Part shown: one piece after another, positions 45,223 through 55,679 of the stretch
Layout of the letters: every line of letters starts with the position of its first letter
Position numbering within the stretch: the stretch's first letter is position 1
Assembly: GCA_050117845.1 (NCBI GenBank)
Contig: JASFLY010000014.1
Span: 1 to 64,000, forward strand
Origin: Candidatus Zixiibacteriota bacterium
GTDB lineage: Bacteria; RBG-13-66-14; B26-G2; WVWN01
Direction: 5' to 3'
DNA: 64,000 bases
Made by a program: the position numbers and the translations under genes
Notes under the pieces: model-generated
Told to the model about the DNA's origin: nothing
Databases searched by the model: none
Seen by the model: only the letters and a program-made list of their open reading frames with translations

Positions 45223-48200
45223 ATGAACGTACGGTTCTTTGTCTCGTTCGCGGCCTTGCTGCTTTTCGCGGGCTCGGCCTCGGCCTTGATAGACAAAGCT
45301 CCTTTCCCCATCCTCGTCGACATGGACCAGGGACGGCCGGTGGAAAGCTCCCCGTCCATGGGTGATATCAACGGCGACGGCCGCGACGAAATCGTCATCG
45401 GCTGTAAGGACGGCAAGGTTTACGCCTTCGACGGCCGCGGCCAACTCCTGCCGGGCTGGCCCGTCTCGACCGGCGATACCGTCGCCGGGTCGCCCGCCAT
45501 AGGCGATATCAACGGCGATAAGCGCGGCGAGGTAATCATCGGCTCCGACGACGGTAACGTCTACGCGCTGACCGGCAGCGGCAATTCGGTGCCCGGCTTC
45601 CCGGTCTCGACCGGCGGGCCGGTGCGCTCGACCGCCGCGGTCGCCGACCTCGACGGCGACATGCGCGACGATATCATAATCGGCTCCTCCGACGGCAAGG
45701 TCTACGCCATATCCGGCAGCGGGAACTCCCTTATCGGTTGGCCCGTGCGCGTGGGGGGCGGCGTTGAATCGTCCCCGGCCGTGGCGGACGTTGACGGCGA
45801 CGACCTGCCGGAAGTCGCCGTGGGCGCCGACGACGGCAACGTTTACCTAATAGATAACGACGGCAAAATAGTCCCCGGGTGGCCGGTGGAGACGCGCTAC
45901 TACGTTCGCTCGTCCCCGGCCATCGGCGACATCGATAACGACGGCTCGCTCGAGATCGTCGTCGGTTCGGACGACTTCAACGTCTACGCCTGGAACGCGA
46001 ACGGCACGCTCGTGGCCGGCTGGCCCGTGGCCACGGAATACAAATTATCGATCGCCTCGCCGGCCCTCGCGGACCTCGACGGCGACAAGAAACTCGACGT
46101 AATCATCGGCTCCGGCGACCAGATGCTCTACGCCTGGGACGGCACGGGTTCGCCCCTCTCCGGATGGCCGGTCCAGACCTTCGGCCGCCTCTACAACTCG
46201 TCCCCCTGTGTCGCGGACGTCAACGGCGATAACCGCCTCGACATCGTCGTCGGCGGCGAGGACATCAACCTCTATATCTTCGACGACGCCGGCCGGCAAA
46301 TAGAAGACTCGCCGGTACCGTTGTTCGGCCCCTGCCGTTCGTCCCCCGCCGTGGGCGACATCGACGGCGACGGCCTCCTCGAGCTCTGCGTCGCCGATAA
46401 CGCCAGCAATCTCTACTGTTACGACCTGCGCGGCAGCGCGGCGCTGGGCCGGGGCGCCCGGTGGAGCGAGTTCCACCAGAGCCACTGGAAGGCGGGCGTC
46501 TACGGTTACGTCGGCGGCGCCAGCCAACTTCCCAAGTGCGTCGTGCCCAAGATGGAGGGCGAGTACGCCGGCGACCTGTCCATCGAGTACAGCCTCTCCG
46601 ACCCGCAGCTCGACACCCTAGACCTCAAGGTCCTCTACTCCGACGACTGGGGTCACACCTGGCACGAGGCCACCGTCACCGGCATGACCTCGGACCTCGG
46701 CCCCCACCGCTACCAGGGCGTCATCGTCTGGGATTCCCGGGCCGACCTCAAGGGGCCGCTGGAGAAGGGCGGCGAGCGCGACGCCGACGTCCTGTCCGAC
46801 GAGTGGCGCGAGTACCGCGAGCAGAAGGACGTTAAGATAAAAATAATCCCGGTCGACCCGAACGGCTTCGGGACCGCCGGCGAGACGACGTTGCTCCACG
46901 TGGACAACAACGTGCCCCCGGTGGTCGTACTGAAACCGATCACCGAGGAAGTAAGCAAGGATATATATTTCGACTACGAGATAACCGACCCCGAACACGA
47001 CCTCGTGGCCATCAAGGCCGAGTACAGCCTCGACGGCGGCGCCACCTGGACCGAGGCCACGGTGGACGGCGCGGTGGCCGACATCCGGTCCAGCCGCTAC
47101 AAGGGCAGCGTGACCTGGGAGTCGGACAAGAACGTGGAGGGGTTGGACCAGGAAAACGTAATGTTCCGCCTGACGCCGGCCGACAACGACCCCGGCGAAA
47201 TCGGGACCATCTCTGACCTCCACGTGGATAACAACGCTATCCCGCAGGTGTCGGTCAACGACATCGAGGAGGAGGTCGGCGGCGACGTCGAAATCTCCTA
47301 CACCCTCTCCGACCCCGAGAGCGATCCGCTTTCGATGAAGCTTCACTACTCCGTGGACGGGGGCCAGACCTGGAAAGAGGCCACCGTCACCGGCACGACC
47401 GAGCAAATAACCTCGGCCATGTACGGCGGGACCATTACGTGGAACTCCCGGACCGACACCCTCGGCGTCGATAAGACGTCGGTGCAGTTCCGCGTAACGC
47501 CCCTGGACAACGACGAGGGGAAAACGGACGCCACCGGCTCCTTCCACCTCGACAACAACGACACGCCCACCCTCGTCATTTCGCCCGTGGCGGGCGAACA
47601 GTCCGGCCCGGTGGAGGTAATCTTCGACATCAGCGATCCCGAGGGCGACCCGGTCACTCTCCTGCCGGAGTACTACGACGAGGACGACGGGAAGTGGAAG
47701 ATAGCCACCGTGACCGGCGGCCTTACCGACCTCGAGCCCGCCGGATACGCCGGCAGCTTCGTCTGGGATTCGTACGTGGACATGCTGGGCATCGACAACG
47801 AAAGCGTGAAGTACCGCATCACGGCCTTCGACAACGACCAGGGCGAACCGGTGGAGGCCCAGCCTTTCCACGTGGACGACAACTCCGCCCCGGCCGTGCT
47901 CGTAAACGACATTACGACCGAACAGGAGCAGGACGTCGTAATAGCCTTCACGCTGTCCGACCTCGAGCGCGACACGCTCTCCTTCCGCGCCGAGTTCAGC
48001 GAGGACGGCGGCGCCACCTGGCAGCCGGCCTCGGTATCCGGGACGACCGAAGGCATCGGCGTCGAGGATTACGTCGGCGAGATAACGTGGCACTCGGACC
48101 GGGATACGATGAACAAGCACCTCTCGGCCGCGCGCTTCCGCCTGGTCCCCTCCGACAACGACGAGGGGCGGCCGGGCTCCACCTCCGACTTCACGGTCGA

Positions 48201-51200
48201 CAACAACAACCCGCCCTCGGTCGAAATCGCGCCGATTACCACGGAGCAGGCCGGCCCCGTGGCGATACGCTACACGCTGCGCGACGACGAGGGGGACTCG
48301 CTCTCCATCCTCGGCGAATACTCCAACGACGGCGGCCGGACCTGGACGCCGGCGACCGTCTCCGGCACCACCGAGGGTATCACCGGCGGCGGGTATAGCG
48401 GCGTAATCAACTGGGACAGCGCGGCGGACGTGCCGGGCATCGACCAGGAAGACATATTATTCCGCATCACGCCCTCCGACCTCGACGTGGGCGAACCCGT
48501 GGCCTCGGCCGCCATCCATATCGACAACTCCACCGCGCCGTCCGTGACGGTGGCGACGCCCGGCGGCGAGCAGTACGGCGACATCCCGATAGAGTACACC
48601 ATCGCCGACGACGAGAACGACGTCGTCAACGTCCGGGCCGAGTACAGCGAGGACGGCGGGATGTCCTGGTACCCGGCGACGGTGGAGGGCCAGCTCACCG
48701 ACATCTACTCCTCCGGTTACCTCGGGAGCGTCGTCTGGCTCTCCCAGGAGGACCTGGGCGGCACCGATCAGACGGATATCGCGTTCCGCGTCGTCCCCTC
48801 CGACAACGACGAGGGCGCGCCGGGCCGCACCGAGAACTTCCACCTGGACAACAACGAAATCCCGACCATCAGCGTCGAGACGCCGGAGGGCGAGCAGTCG
48901 GGCAACGTCGAAATCAGCTACCAGCTCGACGACCCCGAATCCGACGCCTCGCTTATAAAAACCGAGTATTCCATCGACGACGGCTTCACCTGGCACGAGG
49001 CCACGGTCGCGACGACCACCCGCATGGACCCGACGCGCTATACCGGCGTCGTGGTTTGGGACTCCAAGGCCGACCTCCCGGACATCGACCGCGAGGACGT
49101 CCGCTTCCGCGTCACGCCCTTCGACAACGACGAGGGCCTCTCCGACGTCACGGGTTCCTTCCACCTTGATAACAACACCGCGCCCACGGTAACGGTCCCG
49201 CCCGTCAATACGGAATCCACGGGCGACGTCGAGGTCGGGTTCGGCATCAGCGACGTGGACGCGAGCGACGTCAGCCTCAAGGTGGAATACTCCACCGACG
49301 GCGGCTCGAGCTGGACCGAGGCCACCGTGGGCGGCAGCGTCGAGGGCCTCACGGCCGGCGACTACGACGGCAGCCTGCAGTGGAACTCCTTCGCCGACCT
49401 GCCGGGCGTCGACAGCGAGAACGTCCTGTTGCGCATAACGCCCTCCGACAACGACGCCGGCGAGGGCTCGGTCGTCGAGAATATCCACGTCGACAACAAC
49501 GACCCGCCCCGCGTCGTCCTGACCGACATCTACGAGGAGCAGGAGGGCGACGTCACGATTGAGTACAACATCACCGACGCCGAGAACGACGCCGTCGACC
49601 TCGCGTTCGAGTACTCCATCGACGGCGGCTCCACCTGGAAAGCCCCCACGCTGGTATCGCCCGCGACCGGCGTCTCGCCGAGCGGCTATGCCGGAAGCGT
49701 CGTCTGGCACTCGGCCCAGGACATCAAGGGCGTCGACTCGAGCCAGGTCCTGATACGGGCCAAACCGTCCGACAACGACGAGGGGACGGCGTTCGACACC
49801 GCCGAATTCCAGGTGGACAACAATGACCCGCCGACCCTCGAAGTCCTCCCGCCCGAGGAAGTGGGGCGCGACCAGGTTAACCTGGGCTACCGCGTTTCCG
49901 ACGCCGAGGGCGACACCGTCGGCCTGTACTGCGAATACTCCATCGACGACGGCGTGACCTGGGACGAGGCCACGGTATCCGGCGCTTTGGAGGGCATTAG
50001 CTCCGCCTCGTACGCGGGGTCGCTCTCCTGGAACGCCCGCGAGGACATCGGCGGCGTCGATTCCAGCCGGATCCTCTTCCGCGTTACGCCGACCGACGCC
50101 GACGAGGGCGGCCCCGTCGTGTCGCGGCCCTTCCGCGTAGACGTGAACGACCCGCCGTACGTCGAGATTCGCGCGCTCGCCGAGGAGCAGGGCGACGAGA
50201 TTCCCATCGACTACGAACTCTTCGACGAGGAGGGCGACCAGCTCTCGGTCAAGTGCGAATACTCCACCGACGGCGGCACGACCTGGAAACCGGCGAGCGT
50301 CACCGGCGACACCTCCGACATCTCGCCCATAACCTACGCCAACACCGTGGTGTGGCAGGCGCGTCAGGACCTCGGCGCCGTGGACACCTCGTCGGTAGCC
50401 TTCCGCATTACCCCCTCCGACGTGGACGTGGGCCAGCCGGGCCAGATTACGAATATTACGGTGGATACCAACCGGCCTCCCACGGTCGAGGCGAGCGTCG
50501 CCGCGGCCGACACCACCGGCGACGTCCAGGTCAACTACGTCGTCACCGACGAGGAGAACGACGCGGTTTCTCTCGTCGTGGAGTACAGCGAGGACGGCGG
50601 TTTCACCTTCGAGCCGGCCACCACGCAACCGGGGGTGACGGGCCTGGGCGCCGCGCAATACCGCGGCAGCTTCACCTGGCTCGCGACGGCGGACGCCGGC
50701 GGCGAGGACCTGAGTGACGCCGTCGTGCGCGTGACGCCGCGCGACAACGACGAGGGCGAACCGTCCTTCTCGACGCCGTTCCGCGTGGACAACAACCACG
50801 CCCCGACCGTCACCGTCAGCCAGCCGGCCGGCGAGAAGGTGGGCGGCGAGGTCGACATCGACTATCGCCTCAGCGACGACGAGGGCGACCGCCTGAGCAT
50901 CGTCGCCGAGTACTCCACCGACGGCGTGAGCTGGAAGCCGGCCACCGTCTTCGGCCTCGCGTCCGACATCGGCCCCGACCGCTACGACGGCTCGATAGTG
51001 TGGTCGCTCTTCTCCGACGTACCGGGCGAGGAACTCCGCAACGTCGCCTTCCGGCTGACGCCCTACGACAGCCAGGTCGGAACGCCGGGCACCATCGGCG
51101 GCCTGTTCGTCGATACCAACGAGCCGCCCCAGGTGGTCGTGAGCGACGTCATCGCCGAGCAGGAGAACGACGCGGTCGAACTCGACTACTCCATAATCGA

Positions 51201-51786
51201 CAACGAGGGCGACCCGGTCAGCCTGACGTGCGAGTACTCCACCGACGGCGGCACGACCTGGAAACCGGCCACCATGCTCGGTTCCACGACGAACCTCTCC
51301 GAATCCAGCTACTTCGGCGTGGTCAAGTGGGACGCGGCGCGTGACCTGGGCCGGGGCGTCGAGACGGACGTCGTCTTCCGCATGACGGCCAAGGACGCCG
51401 ACGCCGGCGAGCCGGCCGAGAACCGGCCTTTCCGGGTGGACCTCAACGCCGCGCCTTCGGCCTCGCTCACCTCGTACGAGGAGAAGGAGGACGGCTCGGT
51501 CGAAGTCTCCTACACCGTCCGCGACGACGAGAACGACGCGGTGACGCTCAACGTCTTCTACTCCGAGGACGGCGGCGCTTCGTGGTTCATGGCGACGGTG
51601 GAGGGCAACGTGGCGGGCGTCCCGGCGACGGGCAGCCAGGGGACCTTCACCTGGGAACGGCTCCGCGACGTCCCGACCATCCTGCCGGGCTCGTCCATCA
51701 AGCTCCGCGTCGTCCCCATGGACGAGGACGAGGGCCAGCCGAGCGACCTCTCGCTCGACCTCAAGACGACGGGCGGGGAGGAGTAA
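45223..51786 (+). CDS. Giant secreted adhesin-like protein: FG-GAP propeller plus 16 tandem Ig/cadherin-like repeats
   Basis: Signal MNVRFF..ASA (alternative ATG 45199); SPA(V/I)(A/G)D(I/L)(N/D)GD repeats; 16 repeats of about 107 aa with D.E.D, EYS.DGG.TW, R.TP.DND.G, VDNN. Confidence 0.9.
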   Translation: MNVRFFVSFAALLLFAGSASALIDKAPFPILVDMDQGRPVESSPSMGDINGDGRDEIVIGCKDGKVYAFDGRGQLLPGWPVSTGDTVAGSPAIGDINGDKRGEVIIGSDDGNVYALTGSGNSVPGFPVSTGGPVRSTAAVADLDGDMRDDIIIGSSDGKVYAISGSGNSLIGWPVRVGGGVESSPAVADVDGDDLPEVAVGADDGNVYLIDNDGKIVPGWPVETRYYVRSSPAIGDIDNDGSLEIVVGSDDFNVYAWNANGTLVAGWPVATEYKLSIASPALADLDGDKKLDVIIGSGDQMLYAWDGTGSPLSGWPVQTFGRLYNSSPCVADVNGDNRLDIVVGGEDINLYIFDDAGRQIEDSPVPLFGPCRSSPAVGDIDGDGLLELCVADNASNLYCYDLRGSAALGRGARWSEFHQSHWKAGVYGYVGGASQLPKCVVPKMEGEYAGDLSIEYSLSDPQLDTLDLKVLYSDDWGHTWHEATVTGMTSDLGPHRYQGVIVWDSRADLKGPLEKGGERDADVLSDEWREYREQKDVKIKIIPVDPNGFGTAGETTLLHVDNNVPPVVVLKPITEEVSKDIYFDYEITDPEHDLVAIKAEYSLDGGATWTEATVDGAVADIRSSRYKGSVTWESDKNVEGLDQENVMFRLTPADNDPGEIGTISDLHVDNNAIPQVSVNDIEEEVGGDVEISYTLSDPESDPLSMKLHYSVDGGQTWKEATVTGTTEQITSAMYGGTITWNSRTDTLGVDKTSVQFRVTPLDNDEGKTDATGSFHLDNNDTPTLVISPVAGEQSGPVEVIFDISDPEGDPVTLLPEYYDEDDGKWKIATVTGGLTDLEPAGYAGSFVWDSYVDMLGIDNESVKYRITAFDNDQGEPVEAQPFHVDDNSAPAVLVNDITTEQEQDVVIAFTLSDLERDTLSFRAEFSEDGGATWQPASVSGTTEGIGVEDYVGEITWHSDRDTMNKHLSAARFRLVPSDNDEGRPGSTSDFTVDNNNPPSVEIAPITTEQAGPVAIRYTLRDDEGDSLSILGEYSNDGGRTWTPATVSGTTEGITGGGYSGVINWDSAADVPGIDQEDILFRITPSDLDVGEPVASAAIHIDNSTAPSVTVATPGGEQYGDIPIEYTIADDENDVVNVRAEYSEDGGMSWYPATVEGQLTDIYSSGYLGSVVWLSQEDLGGTDQTDIAFRVVPSDNDEGAPGRTENFHLDNNEIPTISVETPEGEQSGNVEISYQLDDPESDASLIKTEYSIDDGFTWHEATVATTTRMDPTRYTGVVVWDSKADLPDIDREDVRFRVTPFDNDEGLSDVTGSFHLDNNTAPTVTVPPVNTESTGDVEVGFGISDVDASDVSLKVEYSTDGGSSWTEATVGGSVEGLTAGDYDGSLQWNSFADLPGVDSENVLLRITPSDNDAGEGSVVENIHVDNNDPPRVVLTDIYEEQEGDVTIEYNITDAENDAVDLAFEYSIDGGSTWKAPTLVSPATGVSPSGYAGSVVWHSAQDIKGVDSSQVLIRAKPSDNDEGTAFDTAEFQVDNNDPPTLEVLPPEEVGRDQVNLGYRVSDAEGDTVGLYCEYSIDDGVTWDEATVSGALEGISSASYAGSLSWNAREDIGGVDSSRILFRVTPTDADEGGPVVSRPFRVDVNDPPYVEIRALAEEQGDEIPIDYELFDEEGDQLSVKCEYSTDGGTTWKPASVTGDTSDISPITYANTVVWQARQDLGAVDTSSVAFRITPSDVDVGQPGQITNITVDTNRPPTVEASVAAADTTGDVQVNYVVTDEENDAVSLVVEYSEDGGFTFEPATTQPGVTGLGAAQYRGSFTWLATADAGGEDLSDAVVRVTPRDNDEGEPSFSTPFRVDNNHAPTVTVSQPAGEKVGGEVDIDYRLSDDEGDRLSIVAEYSTDGVSWKPATVFGLASDIGPDRYDGSIVWSLFSDVPGEELRNVAFRLTPYDSQVGTPGTIGGLFVDTNEPPQVVVSDVIAEQENDAVELDYSIIDNEGDPVSLTCEYSTDGGTTWKPATMLGSTTNLSESSYFGVVKWDAARDLGRGVETDVVFRMTAKDADAGEPAENRPFRVDLNAAPSASLTSYEEKEDGSVEVSYTVRDDENDAVTLNVFYSEDGGASWFMATVEGNVAGVPATGSQGTFTWERLRDVPTILPGSSIKLRVVPMDEDEGQPSDLSLDLKTTGGEE

Positions 51787-51857
51787 CCTGACGCGAATTC
51801 GTAAGGCGGCCGCAAGGCCGCCTTTTTCTTAGGATTTATGTTAATATCCCCCAAGGT

Positions 51858-52583
51858 ATGCTCTGTGCCGGACTCGAGATAAGCGTGCAGTGTCCGAAGT
51901 GCGACGACTGGGTGCCGCTCAACGGCCCCTGGCTCCGCATCCACTGCGACAAGTGCCAGTCGGCCTTCGAGCTTAAGCCCCGCTTCTGGTTCCACCTCTT
52001 CCGGGACCTCTACGCCGAGGCCGGGTTCCACCTCGAGGACGGCCAGGGCTATAACGCCGAGGCGGCCGAACGCTATCAGGCGCGGATCCTCTACGGCCGC
52101 CAGCGGCCCACCTGCGTCGGCTGCGGCGAGCCCTTCGAGCCGCGGCGCGACGTTAACGCGGCCTATATGCACGAGTGCCCGACGTGCCGCGCGGCGACGG
52201 CCGTGGTCCTGCCGCCGGCCTGGCTCGCCGACGCGCTGACGCCGCCGCGCGTGCTCGTCAACGCCGAGGTCCAGGAGGAAACGGCGGAGGGAGCCGAGGG
52301 GAGCGTACCGGACCCGGCGACCGCGGTTGACCCGGTGGCGTTCACCTGTCCGCAGTGCGGCGGCTCGCTCATGGTGGACGGCCGGGACCGCCTCATCCCC
52401 TGCGAGTTCTGCGGCGCCAACGTCTATCTCCCGGACGACCTGTGGTTCCGCCTGCACCCGGCGCGCACGAAGGCCCGCTGGTTCGTCGTCTTCGGCGCCA
52501 TAACCGGCGACCGCGTGAGTTCACAACCGTCGTTCATCCGGCGCACGTCGCCCTACATCTATAAAATGTACCAACGCGACTGA
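51858..52583 (+). CDS. Multi-Zn-ribbon protein (paralog 1)
   Basis: Six CxxC; PLNGPW, LYGR, VYLPDDLWFRLHP..RWFV. Confidence 0.78.
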   Translation: MLCAGLEISVQCPKCDDWVPLNGPWLRIHCDKCQSAFELKPRFWFHLFRDLYAEAGFHLEDGQGYNAEAAERYQARILYGRQRPTCVGCGEPFEPRRDVNAAYMHECPTCRAATAVVLPPAWLADALTPPRVLVNAEVQEETAEGAEGSVPDPATAVDPVAFTCPQCGGSLMVDGRDRLIPCEFCGANVYLPDDLWFRLHPARTKARWFVVFGAITGDRVSSQPSFIRRTSPYIYKMYQRD

Positions 52584-52614
52584 CGGACCGGTCGCGCCAG
52601 CCAAGGAGAAGGCC

Positions 52615-53265
52615 ATGCTTTACGGAATGCTGGAATGCGGCATCAAGTGCCCCAAGTGCGACGCGCCCGTGCCCCTCAACGGCCCGTGGGAAGTAGCGCA
52701 CTGCGACAAGTGCCAGGCCGATATCCCGATCCCGCACGATTACTGGATCGACATGCTGGGCGAAATTATAAACGACGTCAAGAACGACCTCGCCGAGGGC
52801 GAGGGGACGCAGTCCACCATCTTCGGCACCTTCAACACGACGCTCCTCTACGGCCGCCTCCAGCCTTACTGCTACGACTGCAAGGAGGACTTCACGCCGG
52901 ACGCGGACGCCACCGAGCCCTACGTCTACACTTGCAAGAAGTGCGGTAAAGAGATAAAGGTCATGCCAGCGCCGGATTGGCTCAAGGAAGGCCTCAAGCC
53001 GATGCGGATGGTAGTCAACGCGGAACTGCAGGGTAAGAGCGACGACGACAAGGCCGCCCTCTCCGAGCCCATCGCCTTCAGCTGTATCAAGTGCGGCGGC
53101 GCTTTGGAGGTGGACGGGACCGAGCGGCTGGTGCCGTGCAAATTCTGCGGCGTCAAGGTCTACCTGCCCGACGACCTCTGGCTCCGCCTCCATCCGGCCA
53201 AGTCCAAGGAACGCTGGTTCGTCGGCTTCGACGAGTCCCAGGTCCCCAAAGAGGACGACGACTAA
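52615..53265 (+). CDS. Multi-Zn-ribbon protein (paralog 2)
   Basis: AAGGAG SD; six CxxC; PLNGPW, LYGR, VYLPDDLWLRLHP..RWFV. Confidence 0.82.
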   Translation: MLYGMLECGIKCPKCDAPVPLNGPWEVAHCDKCQADIPIPHDYWIDMLGEIINDVKNDLAEGEGTQSTIFGTFNTTLLYGRLQPYCYDCKEDFTPDADATEPYVYTCKKCGKEIKVMPAPDWLKEGLKPMRMVVNAELQGKSDDDKAALSEPIAFSCIKCGGALEVDGTERLVPCKFCGVKVYLPDDLWLRLHPAKSKERWFVGFDESQVPKEDDD

Positions 53266-53306
53266 GCGACGTATCGGGCGAGCGCCGGCCGGCGACGCTT
53301 TTGCCG

Positions 53307-53428
53307 TTGCCCGCGCCGGCGTTTTACATTATAATCCAACTCGGCGCTAAACCTGCGCGCGCCGGGGAATAGCTTCAGCGATGGAGCTATTGTTTTCTTT
53401 GGGTGTGCCGGCCCGGCGGCAGGCGGAA
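53307..53428 (+). promoter_or_regulatory. Promoter followed by a leader with a terminator-like hairpin (candidate attenuator)
   Basis: TTGCCC-17-TATAAT (53307-53335); AATAGCTTCA-GCGA-TGGAGCTATT-GTTTTCTTT (53368-53400) before ATG 53429. Confidence 0.55.
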
Positions 53429-54520
53429 ATGAAAGAGAACCGCAGTTATATTAAGCTCTTCGACGCCACGATAGCCGCCCTCTTCGCGGCCGGCGTCAGA
53501 ACGACGCTTCGCCGGCCCCGGCAGGCCGCGTTTTTCACGCGAACGCTCTGGCGCCAGTGCCGCGCGGCGCGGCTCCGGAAGGATTGGGCGCGCCGCGGCG
53601 TCCACGTCCCGGCCGTAATGATCGTGAGCGTCACCACCCGTTGCAACCTGAACTGCAAGGGGTGCTACGCCCGCGAGCTTCGCCCCGCGGCCCGCGGCGG
53701 CGAGGAGATGGGCCGGGAGGAGTGGGAGCGGCTGCTGGGGGAGGCGCGCGAGCTCGGCATCGGCATCGTCATGCTCGCCGGCGGAGAGCCGCTGCTGCGC
53801 CGGGAGGTCCTGGAACTCGCGGCGGATTTCTCCGAGATCCTCTTCCCGGTCTTCACCAACGGCCTGATGCTCGACGACGACGCGCCGGCCTGGTGGCGTA
53901 AACGCAAAAACGTCATCCCGGTGCTGAGCCTGGAGGGCGACGCCTGGGAGACGGACAGCCGGCGAGGCCGCGACGTGTACGAGCGCGTGCGGGCCGTCGC
54001 GACGAAGCTTGGCCGCGAGGGCATCTTCTACGGCGTCTCGGTAACGGTGACCGGTTCGACCTTCGACGTCGTGACCCGGGAGGATTTCCCGAAGGAGTTC
54101 GTCGAGGCCGGCTGCGGCGTCTTCTTCTTCGTGGAGTACGTCCCGATGGATGACGCGGTCGACGAGCCGGTCCTGACGCCGGAGCAGCAGGCGGCCCTGC
54201 TGGAGACGGTGGAGTCGTTCCGGGGGCGCTACCGGGCGATGTTCGTGGCCTTCCCGGGGGACGAGGAGCAGTTCGGCGGCTGCCTGGCCGCGGGGCGCGG
54301 CTTCGTCCACGTGGACGCGGTCGGCAACGTCGAGCCCTGTCCCTTCGCCCCCTATTCCGACGTGAACCTCCGGCGCGCGTCCCTCCGGGAGGCGCTGGCG
54401 TCGGCGTTCCTCGCGAAGATACAAGAGAACCATCACATGTTAATCGAGTCGCGGGGCGGATGCGCGCTGTGGGCCAACCGGGAATGGGTGCGCTCGCTGT
54501 TGCCCGGCTCCGACGCGTGA
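53429..54520 (+). CDS. Radical SAM protein with SPASM/twitch-like C-terminus
   Basis: CNLNCKGCY, AGGEP, VFTNG, GCLAAGRGFVHV..GNVEPCPF; start uncertain (53381 alternative). Confidence 0.9.
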   Translation: MKENRSYIKLFDATIAALFAAGVRTTLRRPRQAAFFTRTLWRQCRAARLRKDWARRGVHVPAVMIVSVTTRCNLNCKGCYARELRPAARGGEEMGREEWERLLGEARELGIGIVMLAGGEPLLRREVLELAADFSEILFPVFTNGLMLDDDAPAWWRKRKNVIPVLSLEGDAWETDSRRGRDVYERVRAVATKLGREGIFYGVSVTVTGSTFDVVTREDFPKEFVEAGCGVFFFVEYVPMDDAVDEPVLTPEQQAALLETVESFRGRYRAMFVAFPGDEEQFGGCLAAGRGFVHVDAVGNVEPCPFAPYSDVNLRRASLREALASAFLAKIQENHHMLIESRGGCALWANREWVRSLLPGSDA

Positions 54521-54557
54521 ACCGTATTTAACCGTTCGATAAGGAAGGAGAGTCATT

Positions 54558-55490
54558 GTGGGAACGATACGTTCATTCGGGCCGGCGGTCGCGGCCGCGG
54601 CCATGATAACCATACTGCTGTGCGGAGGGTGCGGCGACGACGATACCACGGCGCCGACCCCCGTTTACTGGAGTACCGTCGCAAGCCCCACCAACAGGGT
54701 GCTCTATGACGTCGAGGTCGTCTCGTCCACCGACGTCTGGATCGTCGGCGACTACGGCAGCTTTGTGCACTACGACGGCCAGAATTGGGGCGTGGAGTTG
54801 ACGACGATAACCAACGACGTGTATTGTCTGGATATGATAAGCGCCAACCGCGGGTGGGCCGGCGGCGGCGGCGGCATCGTCTACCATTACGACGGTACGG
54901 AATGGGAGCGGGTCGACCAGCCGTTGACGACGAACAACCTCTACGGCTGCCACTTCACGTCCGATACCCAGGGTTGGTTCGTGGGGGACGCCGGGACCAT
55001 TCTGCAGTACGACAACGGCAACTGGGTATTGCATAACAGCCCGTCCACGCAGAAGCTCCGGGCGATATACGTACCCTCGGCGAACGCCGGTTGGGTTTGC
55101 GGCAACTCCGGCGCCATCCTCCGCTACCGCAACGCGCAGTGGGAACTCGTCAATAGCCCGACCTCGCACGACCTCTACGACCTCGAGTACTTCAGCGCCG
55201 ACGACGTCCGCATGTGCGGCGGCGGCGGGACGCTGGTCCGCATCAGCGGCGGGGCGGTGGCGATTCAGGACATAGCGAGCGACCAGCTCCTCTCCGCGGT
55301 GTGGTTCTTCAACACGAACCACGGCTGGGTGGCTACCAGCAAGGGCGACCTCTTCCACTACCAGGCGGGCTCCTGGTCGAACGGCGGGTTCCATCATCGC
55401 GCCGGCATCAACGACCTCGCCTTCGTCGACGCCGACCTGGGTTACGCCTGCGGCGCCGGCGGGACTATACTCAAGTACGAATATAAGTAG
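54558..55490 (+). CDS. Ycf48/BNR-like beta-propeller lipoprotein
   Basis: GGC lipobox; repeated SPT..L.......GW.(V/C)G..G.IL.Y.G..W. Confidence 0.82.
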   Translation: MGTIRSFGPAVAAAAMITILLCGGCGDDDTTAPTPVYWSTVASPTNRVLYDVEVVSSTDVWIVGDYGSFVHYDGQNWGVELTTITNDVYCLDMISANRGWAGGGGGIVYHYDGTEWERVDQPLTTNNLYGCHFTSDTQGWFVGDAGTILQYDNGNWVLHNSPSTQKLRAIYVPSANAGWVCGNSGAILRYRNAQWELVNSPTSHDLYDLEYFSADDVRMCGGGGTLVRISGGAVAIQDIASDQLLSAVWFFNTNHGWVATSKGDLFHYQAGSWSNGGFHHRAGINDLAFVDADLGYACGAGGTILKYEYK

Positions 55491-55679
55491 AGGGGATACG
55501 GGTGGCCGGGCCGCAACGCCTCGGCCTCCCGCTCTCGGCGTTCAAACGCGACGCCCGAGGCCGCTCGGAAACGCTTGCCGCGCGGGGCCTTCGGGCGTTG
55601 AGTTTCGGCGCCCGGCGAACCCATTAAAAACTCTTTAGGAAATAAACGCCGTATGATAGTATGAGCGCATAACATATTA

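Noticed and set aside
53378..53400. Fluoride riboswitch-like GCGATGGAG
   Set aside because: Lacks the P1 partner and the downstream pseudoknot segment; better explained as a terminator stem
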